Assembly (NCBI RefSeq): GCF_006345805.1
Contig: NW_021834482.1
Location: 1 to 51,068, forward strand
Direction: 5' to 3'
Length of the DNA stretch: 51,068 nt
From: Octopus sinensis
Taxonomy: Eukaryota
Under the pieces are notes generated by a model. It saw only the letters and a list, made by a program, of their open reading frames with translations, was not told where the DNA came from and did no database searches. Position 1 is the stretch's first letter, and the number at the start of each line of letters is the position of its first letter. Positions 1 to 10,763 of this stretch are shown here, piece after piece. Position numbers and translations under genes: made by a program.

Positions 1-131
1 CAGAAAAACGGATTAAGTCGATTACATCGACCCCAGTGCGTAACTGGTACTTAATTTATCGACCCCGAGAGGATGAAAGGCAAAGTGAACCTCGGCGGAA
101 TTTGAACTCAGAACATAACAGCAGACGAAAA
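1..131 (-). mobile_element. tRNA-derived SINE family A, partial copy fused directly to the tail of the next copy
   Basis: Matches the internal part of the family consensus (taagtcgattacatcgaccccagtgcgtaactggtacttaatttatcgaccccga...gaatttgaactc) seen in 8 other copies. It is cut by the window edge and ends at gcagacgaaa. Confidence 0.9.
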
Positions 132-366
132 CCTATTTCTTTACTACCGACAAGGGGCTAAACACAGAGGGGACAAATAAGGACAGAAAAACGGATTAAT
201 ACGATTACATCGACCCCAGTGCGTAAATGGTACTTAATTGATCGACCCCGAATGGATGAAAGGCGAAGTCAACCTCGGCTGAATTTGCACTCAGAAAGAA
301 AAGTCGGACGAAATACTACTAAACATTTCGCCCGGGATGCTTACGATTCTTCCAGCTCGCCACCTT
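132..366 (-). mobile_element. tRNA-derived SINE family A, full length
   Basis: The minus strand starts aaggtggcgagctggaagaatcgtaagc (A-box-like), has a decayed B-box, and ends ...gtagtaaagaaatagg. It is collinear with the copies at 23774-25575. Confidence 0.9.
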
Positions 367-768
367 AATAACTGTATAAATAATGCAACTAATAAGGGTG
401 GGTGGTAAGAGAAGAAAAGCGGTGAAATTAAAGAGCAATTAAATCTGAATTAATCAATATGATGTCAAAGTTCAAACGGCATCGATACAATACACTAAGT
501 CCAGAGTTTAACAATAATGAAGTAAAATCATTCATGCACAAAACGACCTCTGACCGAAACATAAAAGAATCACTTTATATATCAAACTCGTAATAATTAC
601 TCCCCTGATTAAATTGAAAATAAGGTATGCAATTAAGAAATGAACTTTCGCCACATACAAATCATTACAGGGCGAAATAAATTCAACGAGGTTTATAATA
701 ATAATTGGCTTATAAATAATTTTCAATACTACCGACAGAATTATGTTGGTGAACATGTGTAGATTTAC

Positions 769-789
769 CATGTGTGAAAATTTATTGCT
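769..789 (-). CDS. Speculative 21-nt microexon (SNKFSHM), unknown host gene
   Basis: Minus strand: long pyrimidine tract ...tttatttctttaccgtactgtctcgtacAG|AGCAATAAATTTTCACACATG|GTaaat. Splice-site pattern only, no homology. Confidence 0.12.
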
Positions 790-954
790 CTGTACGAGAC
801 AGTACGGTAAAGAAATAAACGAGACGTGAAAAGAATAGAAGTGGCGTTCTGATTGGCTAAAAAACTTTGCTTTCAAGAAATATCGCTTTCAGTTTTAGCC
901 TCGCATTTCCAGATCTAGTAACTCGACAAACAATTTCGATTTTGATAAATATGC

Positions 955-964
955 ATATACATAC

Positions 965-997
<33 letters not shown>

Positions 998-1288
998 TGT
1001 ATGTATGTATGTATGTATGTATGCATGTATGTTTGTATGTATGTATGTATGTATGTATGTATGTATGTATGTATGTATGTATGCATGTATGTTTGTATGT
1101 ATGTATGTATGTATATATGTATGCATGCATATATATAGTCGTGCAAGCATGGAGATTGGGTGTGCATATATCTGTGTGTGGGTGGGTGTGTTTATGCATA
1201 TATGCGTGTGTGTGTGTGTGAGTGCATGTGCTTGTGCATATATGTGTGTGTTTGTGTGTGTGTGGATACACACACACACACGCTCACA

Positions 1289-1352
<64 letters not shown>
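955..1352. repeat. Compound microsatellite (TATG)n-(TG)n-(CA)n-(TA)n
   Basis: Directly visible. The (TATG)n part contains a 60-bp-period duplication of the interruption atgcatgtatgtttg (at 1021 and 1081). Confidence 0.95.
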
Positions 1353-1354
<2 letters not shown>

Positions 1355-1420
1355 TGATAAAAATGATAAGACAGCAAAAGAATGAAAGAGACCTCGATAT
1401 TATGTAAATAGAGGAATTTA

Positions 1421-1664
1421 TCTGTAAATGTAATATGTGACAATTATTCGGTAGCCATGATAAAACTCCGAGTTTCGGATGACGGGGTGGAAATCCACGC
1501 CGCCATCTCTTCAGATATCTGGCCATCGGAAAAAAATGCTTATGAAAATCCGATGCCGGAAAACTGAAGAGATGGTGGCGTGTGGCGTGGATTTCCACCT
1601 CGGCATCCGAAACTCGGAGTTTTTCTCAGGGGTCCGAATAATTGTCACATATTACATTTACAGA
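1421..1664. mobile_element. Foldback/MITE-like element
   Basis: Perfect 31-bp terminal inverted repeat tctgtaaatgtaatatgtgacaattattcgg / ccgaataattgtcacatattacatttacaga. Imperfect pairing continues for about 110 bp per arm around a loop of about 20 nt. Confidence 0.85.
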
Positions 1665-1681
1665 CAATATATATATATATC

Positions 1682-1737
<56 letters not shown>

Positions 1738-1972
1738 TATATATTCAATATGTCTTCAACTCCATTCTTTCATTTATTTGTATTTAAAAAAAAACACACA
1801 AATTCCACACGATAGCACGTGATCTCTGCCTTAGGCATGTAGCTTCATTCGTGTTTTTTCTGACGTGAATTTGCTACCCAGGTATCGGTTAAACGAATAT
1901 CCATAATAAGATAATTCATTCAACTACTCAATTAGTTATATATATATATATGCTATATATATATCTATATAT

Positions 1973-2024
<52 letters not shown>

Positions 2025-3238
2025 AAATGTAGTTGGTAATAAATTATGTGAATGGGTATTCTTGGTAGTTGATGATTGATTAAGTATATTTCTTATTTTG
2101 TATATAATATATGTATGTATGTATATTGTAAAATACATACACTAATATATATCCTTTGTGTATTTTCCGGTGGCTGCAATGGTGTAGTGGAATATATAAC
2201 TCTCATGTTATTTAAGTATAATTAACTTTTTTTATTTTAAAAACAAACTATATTTTAATATAGCTTAAATCGAGGAATTTTATTGTATCAATCTCATGCA
2301 ATAAAGTTTTCAAAGAAAAGTTATGAGTTTCTCAAATTTGAGGGTGATAATTTAGTTCTATACATTTTTATGATTATAGTTCTATAAGGAACTTTTAATA
2401 TATGTCACTAGCATCAGTAAGGTAAAGAAAAAGTTATCAACAACACCGCTTATTTTCAATTAGTTTAATTACGTCATCTCTATTAATTAATGCAATTATA
2501 TCATAAAAATGAAAAAAATTAGAATATTATTTAGAAATTTTGGCAGTTTTAACTCGAAGGCGTGTGTTTTATTACGACGTTCGGTAAATTCCGTAAAAAA
2601 ATTTATTTATTTTTGGTGACTGGAAATGTACATTTTGTTTGAAGTCAGCATAAAGTGAAAGAGAGAGGAAATGGACATGGACGTATGTATGTGTTGATGG
2701 GTGGGGGTGCGAGATAGAATGTGTTGTGTGTATGTGCGTGTGCCTGTGAGAGAGAGAAAGAGAGGGAGGGAGAGAGTAGCAGTGTATATTGAAAAAAAAT
2801 TCTTCTCGCATATTTTTTCAGTGAATGCGTGAGTTCTTGATTGAGAGATAAGGTGAAAAAGGTGTGTGTTGCTGTGTATTTGTGAGTGTGTGTGTGAGTG
2901 AGAGAGAGAGAGAGAGTGAGTGAGAGAGAGATGAAGAGAGCGCAAATTTTACTTTGCTACTTATACATATATACAAAAAATGTCATGAGAACACACACCT
3001 TCACTCACTGACTCATTCTTTCTCTCTCTTCTTCACAAGCACACATAAAAAAACACGTATGCATATGTATTTATGAATGTATGTGTATATAACAGATAAT
3101 GGGTGTGGGTATGTGTTTGTGTGCTTGTGTGATTGATCCTAGACATTTTACACATACATGACAACACCTCTCAGAGTCAATCACACACACTAACTCATAA
3201 AAAAAAAAGATGCGACAAAACTAACTAAATAAAACTTT

Positions 3239-3464
3239 TCATCGACAACTGTGATTGTCACACGTCCGATGACGGTCACATATCCCAAACTCGAGTCGTG
3301 TGTATCATAATTGAAGACGGAAAGGATGGCTTCCCTTTGCAAATACTGATAGGGCACACAAGTGTGTCTAAAGCCAGCTGGAGGAGGTGTCCTCCTGGGG
3401 CTATAAACTACAGTAGCATCCACCCTTAGGGGTTAGCCATATTTAAATGGCAAATATGCGTCAC
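3239..3464. repeat. Unclassified dispersed repeat of about 240 bp, copy A
   Basis: Highly similar to 3573-3826 (same orientation) and to 32552-32665 (reverse complement). Shared core: gccagctggaggaggtgtcctcctggggct...catccacccttaggggttagccatatttaaatggcaa. Confidence 0.85.
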
Positions 3465-3572
3465 GATGTGTTGTAGCTACTGTTTATAACTCGCTCTGAG
3501 ATTTATTATTGCTTGTTTACACTTTTTCGATATCAGTGTCTTTACTGATATACTTGGCAAAAGTATATGTAA

Positions 3573-3826
3573 TTTTTGAAGGGAACCTGCTTCTCATCGA
3601 CAACTGTGATTATCACACGCCGAGTGACGGATCAATACCCAGAAACTCGAGTCCGGGTGTATCATAAGTTGAAGACGGGAAGGATGGCTTCCTTTGCAAA
3701 CACGATAGGGCACAGAAATTGTGTTGTCTGATGGCCAGCTGGAGGAGGTGTCCTCCTGGGGCTACAAACTACAGTAGCATCCACCCTTAGGGGTTTAGCC
3801 ATATTTAAATGGCAAGTATATGTAAC
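3573..3826. repeat. Unclassified dispersed repeat of about 240 bp, copy B
   Basis: Direct copy of 3239-3464. The 12-mer aagtatatgtaa occurs at both 3561-3572 and 3814-3825. Confidence 0.85.
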
Positions 3827-3998
3827 TAAATAAAAAAATACGCTATCACTCTGTCCCCCTCTTTCTCTCTCACACACACAGAGCAAGATACCTTCTCTCT
3901 TTCTCTCTGACAACACCTCTCTCTCTCTTAGTCAAACACACAGTCAAAAAAGATGCAAGAAAAAGTTTATAGATAAAATTTATGCTATCACCCACTCC

Positions 3999-4038
<40 letters not shown>

Positions 4039-5194
4039 ACACATACACAGCGACACACACTTTCTCTCTCTCTGTCTGAGAGCGCACTCTCTCAGTTAAT
4101 CACTCACACACTCAATCAAAAGAGACGGGAGGAAAACTAAATTAAAAAATTTAAAAAACTAAACTAAAAAATAAAAAAATAAATAAATTAAAAACTAACC
4201 AACTCACTCTGGCACTGGTAGGTTTATCTACATAATGATAACATATGTACAATATATTACTTCTTGTAGCATTGTAAATAGTAACTAAATTATGGGGGCT
4301 ATATGCAATACTAATCGAAAAACTAATAACTACAACCGAAAACAGCAACAATAATAACAATAAAAACAAATAATAATAAACAACCAAATAAATGAATTTA
4401 ATAATTAGTACTCGAATTTACATGTAAATTTCAGAAAACAATGGAATGAACATTTGTACATCATTACAATGTTGAAATATGATATTCGCTACATGTTTGT
4501 ATGTAGCTATCCATATGTACGGCTCCTCTAAACAATAAATGAATTTAAGCGTCATTATATATACGTTTCAAAATGTTTTTCTAGTAACATTCGACGCGTC
4601 TCTTTAGATATTTATATTCGAAGACATATTATTCACCTGTTAACGTTTTAAATTTCGTAAGAAAATTGTGTTTTTAAACACTATTAATCATTTAAACATC
4701 AAGAAATACTGTAGAATTAGAAAAATATAGTTCACAATTGCTGTTGAACATTAGAAATACAACCAGCTAATACAGTCACAAATAACACTGACTTTAATTA
4801 ATGGCTGGATATATATCATAAACAATTGGTTCTTCATGACGGAAACTTTTATGCTCCACCTAACCCTTGTTCTCCAACTATTTTCGCTTTATTTCCTTAT
4901 GTTTTTATTATATTATCTTCTGTAATTTTCGCGACTGCTACAAATCAATACTGCAGGTTCGTTGTAAAAGCTGGTTAACACTTGTGTTCATTAGTCAAAA
5001 CAAATTACTAGAATCATGTTTTAAGCTACAAATTACGTCATTAGTCGTTAACATCGAAATGTGTTGGCAATTTCAAATTGTCTATCATTAAGGTGTATAT
5101 AAACTATATAAAATTCACCAAGTAAAAATATCCTCAACAGACATATGCAAATATGATCACTAGAAAATCTCACAATTAACAAGGTGTATATTAC

Positions 5195-5261
<67 letters not shown>

Positions 5262-5262
5262 T

Positions 5263-5390
5263 CGAAAAAAGAAAGACGAAGACAGGTGGAGTAGGCAACA
5301 AACAGGTGTATTAGTTTAACGCTCGGGAAGTGAAAAATATTTAACGTTTCGAGCCTACGCTCTTCCACAGAAAGAAACAAGGCGATAGAA
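5263..5390 (-). mobile_element. Short Penelope-type repeat carrying a minimal hammerhead-like motif
   Basis: Minus strand: TCTTT-CTGTGGA-AGAGCGTAGGCTC-GAAACGTT-AAATA followed by a conserved tail (cccgagcgttaaactaatacacctg...gtcttcgtctttc). A second, diverged copy lies at 22281-22395. Confidence 0.6.
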
Positions 5391-5570
5391 GAAAGAGAGA
5401 AAATAAAGACAATATGTATTTATATACGTATGTATATATGTGTGTATATATATGTATTGTATGTATATGTATATAGATATGCGTATATATATATATATGT
5501 ATGTATATATAATATATCTATATATATATATATATATATATTCATGTATACACACACACACATACACATT

Positions 5571-5832
5571 CTTTTATTCTTTTATTTGTTTTAGACTTTT
5601 GAATGCGGCCATGCTGGAAGACGCCGTTTGTTGAGCTTTGGTGAGAAGGAGAAACTGGCACAAACACACACACACACATACACGATGGATTTACCACACA
5701 TTTTCTATCTGCCAAATTCATTCAACATGCACGTACGGCCCCGACCTATTACAGAAATCATTTGCCCAGGATACCATGCAGTCTGACTGAGCCCGAAGCA
5801 GCACGGTTGCAAAATGAGCTTCTTAAACACGT
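5571..5832 (-). mobile_element. tRNA/CORE-type SINE family B, old degenerate copy
   Basis: Contains gcggccatgctgga (tail) and tttgcccagg...catgcagt...ctgagccc (CORE/B-box), in reverse orientation to the younger copies. Confidence 0.65.
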
Positions 5833-5870
5833 AACTGGACAAATGGATAAATTGTTAAATAAATAAAAAG

Positions 5871-6172
5871 AGCCTCGGGCCGACCAAAGCCTTGTGAGTG
5901 GATTTGGTAGACGGAAACTGAAAGAAGCCCGTCGTATATATGTATATATATATGTATGTGGGGTTATGTTGTGTCTGTCGTGTTTGTTCCCCTAGCATTG
6001 CTTGACAACCGATGCTGGTGTATTTATGTCCCCGTCACTTAGCGGTTCGGCAAAAGAAACTGATAGAATAAGTACTGGGCTTACAAAGAATAAGTTCCGG
6101 GGTGAAGTTGCTCGATTAAAGGCGGTGCTCCAGCAAGGCCGCAGTCAAAATGACTGAAACAAGTAAAAAGAG
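5871..6172 (+). mobile_element. SINE family B, 5'-truncated
   Basis: Runs from agcctcgggccgaccaaagccttgtgagtggatttggtagacggaaactgaaagaagcccgtcg, through the internal microsatellite, to the tail gcagtcaaaatgactgaaacaagtaaaaagag. Confidence 0.92.
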
Positions 6173-6200
6173 GAAAAAAGAGAAAGAGATAAATAAATAA

Positions 6201-6857
6201 GTTTCTTTATTGGTCACACAGGGCTGCACACAGATGGGACAAGTTACAAGGTAGGGCTTTTCTTTTGGGGGAGAAAAAAAAAAGGGTGGCGTAGGTTTTC
6301 GATCAAAAGGGATCGTAAAAGGGAAAAAAGAACAAAAAAAAAAAAAGAGAAAAAAGGAAGAGAAAAAAAGAAAAAAAGGAAAAGAAAAAAGGGAAAAAAA
6401 GAAAAGGAAAATGAAAAAAGAAGAAAAAGAGGAAAAAAGGGGGAGAGGAAAAAAAAGCGATCAATAGGAATCGTGTATCACAGTGTCATGATGTATGGTG
6501 TAAAGGGGAAAGCAAGTAAGGTTTATCCGTGGGAAGAAAAGCCTACGAAAAAGACCATGGGAACCTTGGGCATTAGTGTAATGCAAAAAGAAAACACATT
6601 ACAGTAAGTGGCTCTCTTTTTCCCTTTCGTTTTTTTCTTTTGGCTCATCGGATTATGTTCAAGTTGGCTCTGTCATTCACACGTGCCATCCTTGGTACAT
6701 TCACCCATCTTGTTTTGAAGCATTCACTAGACAAAACTTGTCTCTCTACTCTCTTCAAGTGATACTTGAAGAAGTTGATGAGAGATTGACCAGTGAGGAA
6801 AGTGTTTGTCTCTAGACCTTTCAGACACGTCCACCATACACATTCTTTCGCTATAGG
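6201..6857 (-). mobile_element. 3' end of an L1/Tx1-like LINE (ORF2 C-terminus plus a 3'UTR of about 440 bp)
   Basis: Minus 6854-6645 reads [69 protein letters not shown], resembling the AK..IW..R ... F..RW pattern of L1/Tx1 ORF2 ends. The T-rich 3'UTR ends AATAAAgaaac plus a simple-repeat tail. The UTR is repeated at 10443-10763. Confidence 0.7.
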
Positions 6858-6930
6858 TACGTAGATAGATAGATTTGAAGATAGAACGATGCATAAATAG
6901 ACAGGCAGTCAAACAGACAGGCAGAGAGAC

Positions 6931-6993
<63 letters not shown>

Positions 6994-7042
6994 CAGACAA
7001 ACACACACACATAGATTGATAGACAGACAGACAGATGGATAA

Positions 7043-7101
<59 letters not shown>

Positions 7102-7318
7102 CTTATATAGATAGACGACTGGATAGATAGGTAAATAAATAAATAAGTAAATAAATAGATAGAAAGATAAATAAATAGATGAATAGATTGAGAGTTTTAT
7201 AGATAGACGGATGGATATATAGAAAGATATGTGGATAAATCGGTAGATAGATAGATAGATAGACACATAGATGAATATATATGTAGATAGAGGGATGGAT
7301 AGTTAGATAGATAGATCA
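6858..7318. repeat. (GATA)n/(GACA)n microsatellite field
   Basis: Directly visible. Confidence 0.95.
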
Positions 7319-7911
7319 ACTTATCCAGTTGCATTTGACACTTTTAGCGTCTGTTCTTTAGGAACTTCAGACAATGTTTTAATATCTAAAAGTAATTCCT
7401 TTTGTGAAAGTTTCCGGGAGTTTCCATATTTAGCAATGATGGACGACGTTTAACTAGATTTATTGATGATCTGTCTCCAGTTTAGTGAAGTAACTTATGG
7501 TTTTCAGTGAGCTAGGACTTTATCTTATTTAAAAACACCGACCAACATCCACACACCACATTCACCACGCTTAGACAAGCGTTATAAACGATTTATTAAT
7601 GAAATGTTAGCATTAAGATAGCCGGCTTGTGTCCGGGATGCCGCGTCTAGGAAGTTGCCTGGAGCATGTTATAGATTTTTCCTTTGTAAATATTTAAAAT
7701 GGCTTGTTTGACTCACGCAATGTAAAAATCGAGGTAGTTTCATGAGTTAAAGGAAGATTAAATGGATAGACTTAGCAAGTCCTTTGAGAGCATAAGATAA
7801 ACTACTTTTTAGAATACACGTATGTATATGTCTGTATATACGTATCTATTTGTGTGTGTATATATGTGTGGCGTGCGTCTGTGCACAGGAGGATGTTTGT
7901 GTCTGTGTGTG

Positions 7912-8165
<254 letters not shown>

Positions 8166-8985
8166 CGAGGTGGTACCCAAAAGAAACCGGAATTTTGCAA
8201 TATTATTTCATTCACTTAGTTTTACGTGTTTACACTTTTATCGCCTTCAGACTATTCTCCTTTAGAAGCAATGCATCTGTCCAGATGCGTTTTCCATTGT
8301 TCGGAGCAGTGCTGGAACTCTTGCGACGTGATACCTTTTAACGCCTCCGTCGTTGTATTCTTCACTTCTTCCGCATCTGCAAATTCTGTTGCACCAGCTT
8401 CCGTCACCAGTGATGAACTTTAAAAAAAGGTCCGGATCAATTTGCAGGTGTAGTTTCAGATCACCTCACGCATTATATCGTGGCTGTTTTAATATTCTGT
8501 GAGCAAGAGGCGCAGAAATTTTGCTGCAACTCTTCATTCGCAATTCCGCGCTGAAAATCCGTCATATCAACAATTTCGTCGATTGTTCGGTGATGGTCCT
8601 CCAACATCAGTTCATGAATTTTCATGATGGTTTTATTCGTTCGGGAAGTCGACTACGCCCCGAATGAGATTAATTCGTCAAGTGACAAGTGGTCATTCCT
8701 AAAGCGTGAAAACCACTCGTAAACTCACGTTTTGCTCATAGCAACATCATTGTAAACTGTTAGAAGCACGATGACTGTTTCGGCCGCCTTATTCCCCAGC
8801 AAAAAAACGAATTTTCACGGCAGCATGCTGTTCCTACGTTTCATTATCACAAAATCGACGAAGAAGGGATGATGCACTGCAATGGAAAGACGTGCCACGT
8901 GACAGTAAAATTACAGTCCACGACGCCGGACGGCATAATGATGCCTGAGGGTCGCATAAGGTGGCTTCTAACAGCGGAAACCTGA
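8166..8985 (-). mobile_element. Internally deleted mariner (Tc1/mariner) element, decayed transposase
   Basis: Minus strand translates, with frameshifts and stops, to MKRREQHAAVK..FLLGNKAAETV...MSKT*VYEWFSRF...STSRT...FITGDGSWC then directly to FADAEEVKNTTTEALKGITSQEFQHCSEQWKTHLDRCIASKGE. It has a mariner-type end cgaggtggtacccaaaagaaaccggaattt at 8166; the other end is approximate. Confidence 0.85.
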
Positions 8986-9045
8986 ACCACAAAGAGTTTA
9001 TCCCACGATTTATATGAATCTATATGTCTAAGTATATGTATACAT

Positions 9046-9300
9046 GGTGGAGGCGCGTAGCTTAGTGATTAGGGTGTCAGCATATTGATCGTAAGATTGT
9101 GGTTTCGATTCCTAGACCGGGCGAGGCGTTGTGTTCTTGAGCAAAACACTTCATTTCACGTTGCTCCAGTCCACTCAGCTGGCAAAAGTGAGTAACGCTG
9201 CGATGGACTGGCGTCCCGTCCAGCTGGGGAACACATACGCCATAGAAACCGGGGAACCGGACCCATGAGCCTGGCTAGGCTTTAAAAGGGCGACGTTTAT
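9046..9300 (+). mobile_element. tRNA-derived SINE family C
   Basis: A-box-like gcgtagcttagtgattagg, B-box ggtttcgattcc, CORE-like tgtgttcttgagcaaaacactt, then gcgatggactggcgtcccgtccag. Partial copy at 29260-29382. Confidence 0.85.
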
Positions 9301-9348
9301 TGTATTTATATGTATATATATATATATATAATTATGCGCGTGTGTATA

Positions 9349-9575
9349 CGAGGGGAGAGCTGAAAAGTTCCTGCCTTTAAGAGTATTGTGAAAGACCTGG
9401 TTGGAGGTTCAATCTTCCGAGTTCGTCTACAGGGCCCAAAAAAAAATAATAAAGGAGAAAGACTGCTGCAAGTAGTTTGTGAATGTGAGTGTGGAATATG
9501 TTGAATAAAACCATAATTAACTGGTCTTCCCGTATCTTCTTTTACCCAAAGCCAGAAATTTTCAACACAACCTCG
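9349..9575. mobile_element. Mariner-type MITE (227 bp) with TA TSD
   Basis: TA|cgaggggagagctgaaaagttcctgccttt ... aaagccagaaattttcaacacaacctcg|TA: imperfect terminal inverted repeats (TIRs) of about 30 bp, flanked by TA. Confidence 0.75.
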
Positions 9576-9605
9576 TATATATATGTATGTATATCTGCAT
9601 GCATG

Positions 9606-9637
<32 letters not shown>

Positions 9638-10017
9638 GCGCAGGAGTGGCTGTGTGTTAAGTAGCTTGCTTACAAACCACATGGTTCCGGGTTCAGTCCC
9701 TTGGGCAAGTGTCTTCTATTATAGCCTCGGGCCGACCAAAACCTTGTGAGTGGATTTGGTAGACGGAAACGGAAAGAAGCCCGTCGTATATATGTATATA
9801 TATATGTGTGTGCGTTTGTGTGTCTGTGTTTGTCCCCCCAACATCGCTTGATTACCGATGTTGGTGTGTTTACGTCCCCATAACTTAGCCGTTCGGCAAA
9901 AGAGACCGATAGAATAAGTCCTAGGCTTACAAAGAATAAGTCCTGGGGGTCGATTTGCTCGACTAAAGGCGGTGCTCCAGCATGGCCGCAGTCAAATGAC
10001 TGAAACAAGTAAAAGAG
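9638..10017 (+). mobile_element. SINE family B, near full length (13-bp internal deletion)
   Basis: gcgcaggagtggctgtgtgttaagtagc (A-box), gggttcagtccc (B-box), ttgggcaagtgtcttct (CORE-like), and the family tail. Confidence 0.95.
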
Positions 10018-10442
10018 TATGTATGTATGTATGTGTGTATGTATGTATGTATGTATGTATGTGTGTATGTATGTATGTGTGGATGTATGTATTATGTATG
10101 CATCAATGTATACATGTGTGTATGAAACTAGGACAGCAGACAGCAGATATAGATTAATGAGCAAGTTCTGTTTTCAGATAAAAATATGATGTATGGTATA
10201 ATACAGGAACTAATTAAATTTGTAGGAAAGTCAACAAATATTGATGTAGAGTTAAGAAGGAAATTTGTAGTGACTTTTGCATATTTCCTTGAAGTGAACT
10301 TTCAATTAATTGTGAAAAAAAAAAAAAAATTCAAAACAGGTATTGGAAAAGCATCGGAAAATAATAATCATTTAAACTTTCTGTTGACCAAAACTTTGAT
10401 TCCTAAATAGTTAGAGAAATGGATAGATAGATGGATAGATAT

Positions 10443-10763
10443 GTTTCTTTATTAGCCACACAGGGCTGCACACAGATAGAACAAATTACAAGGTAGAGCT
10501 TTTTTTTGAAGGTATTAAAAAAAAAAAAAAAAAAAAAGGAAGGGGGCGTTTCGATCAAAAGGGATCGTAAAAGGAGAGAAAGAGGACAAAAATAAGGGGG
10601 GTAAAAAAAAAAAAAAAAAAAAAAAGGGGGGGAGAGGAAAAAAAAAATGATCAATAGGGATCGTTATCACAGAAATGTCAATATGAAGTGTAAAGGGGAG
10701 GACAGGTGAGGTTTACCCGTGGAAAGAAAAGCCTACGGAAAAGACCACGGTAACCTTGGTCAA
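10443..10763 (-). mobile_element. 3'UTR-only copy of the L1/Tx1-like LINE
   Basis: Collinear with 6201-6570 (gtttctttatt..cacacagggctgcacacagat ... tttcgatcaaaagggatcgtaaaagg ... gaaaagcctacg.aaaagacca.gg.aaccttgg). Confidence 0.8.

Noticed and set aside
9670-10164. Recurrent peptide [22 protein letters not shown] (also at 15591, 33394, 43881, 50838)
   Set aside because: It is the antisense translation of the SINE B tail, not a gene family.
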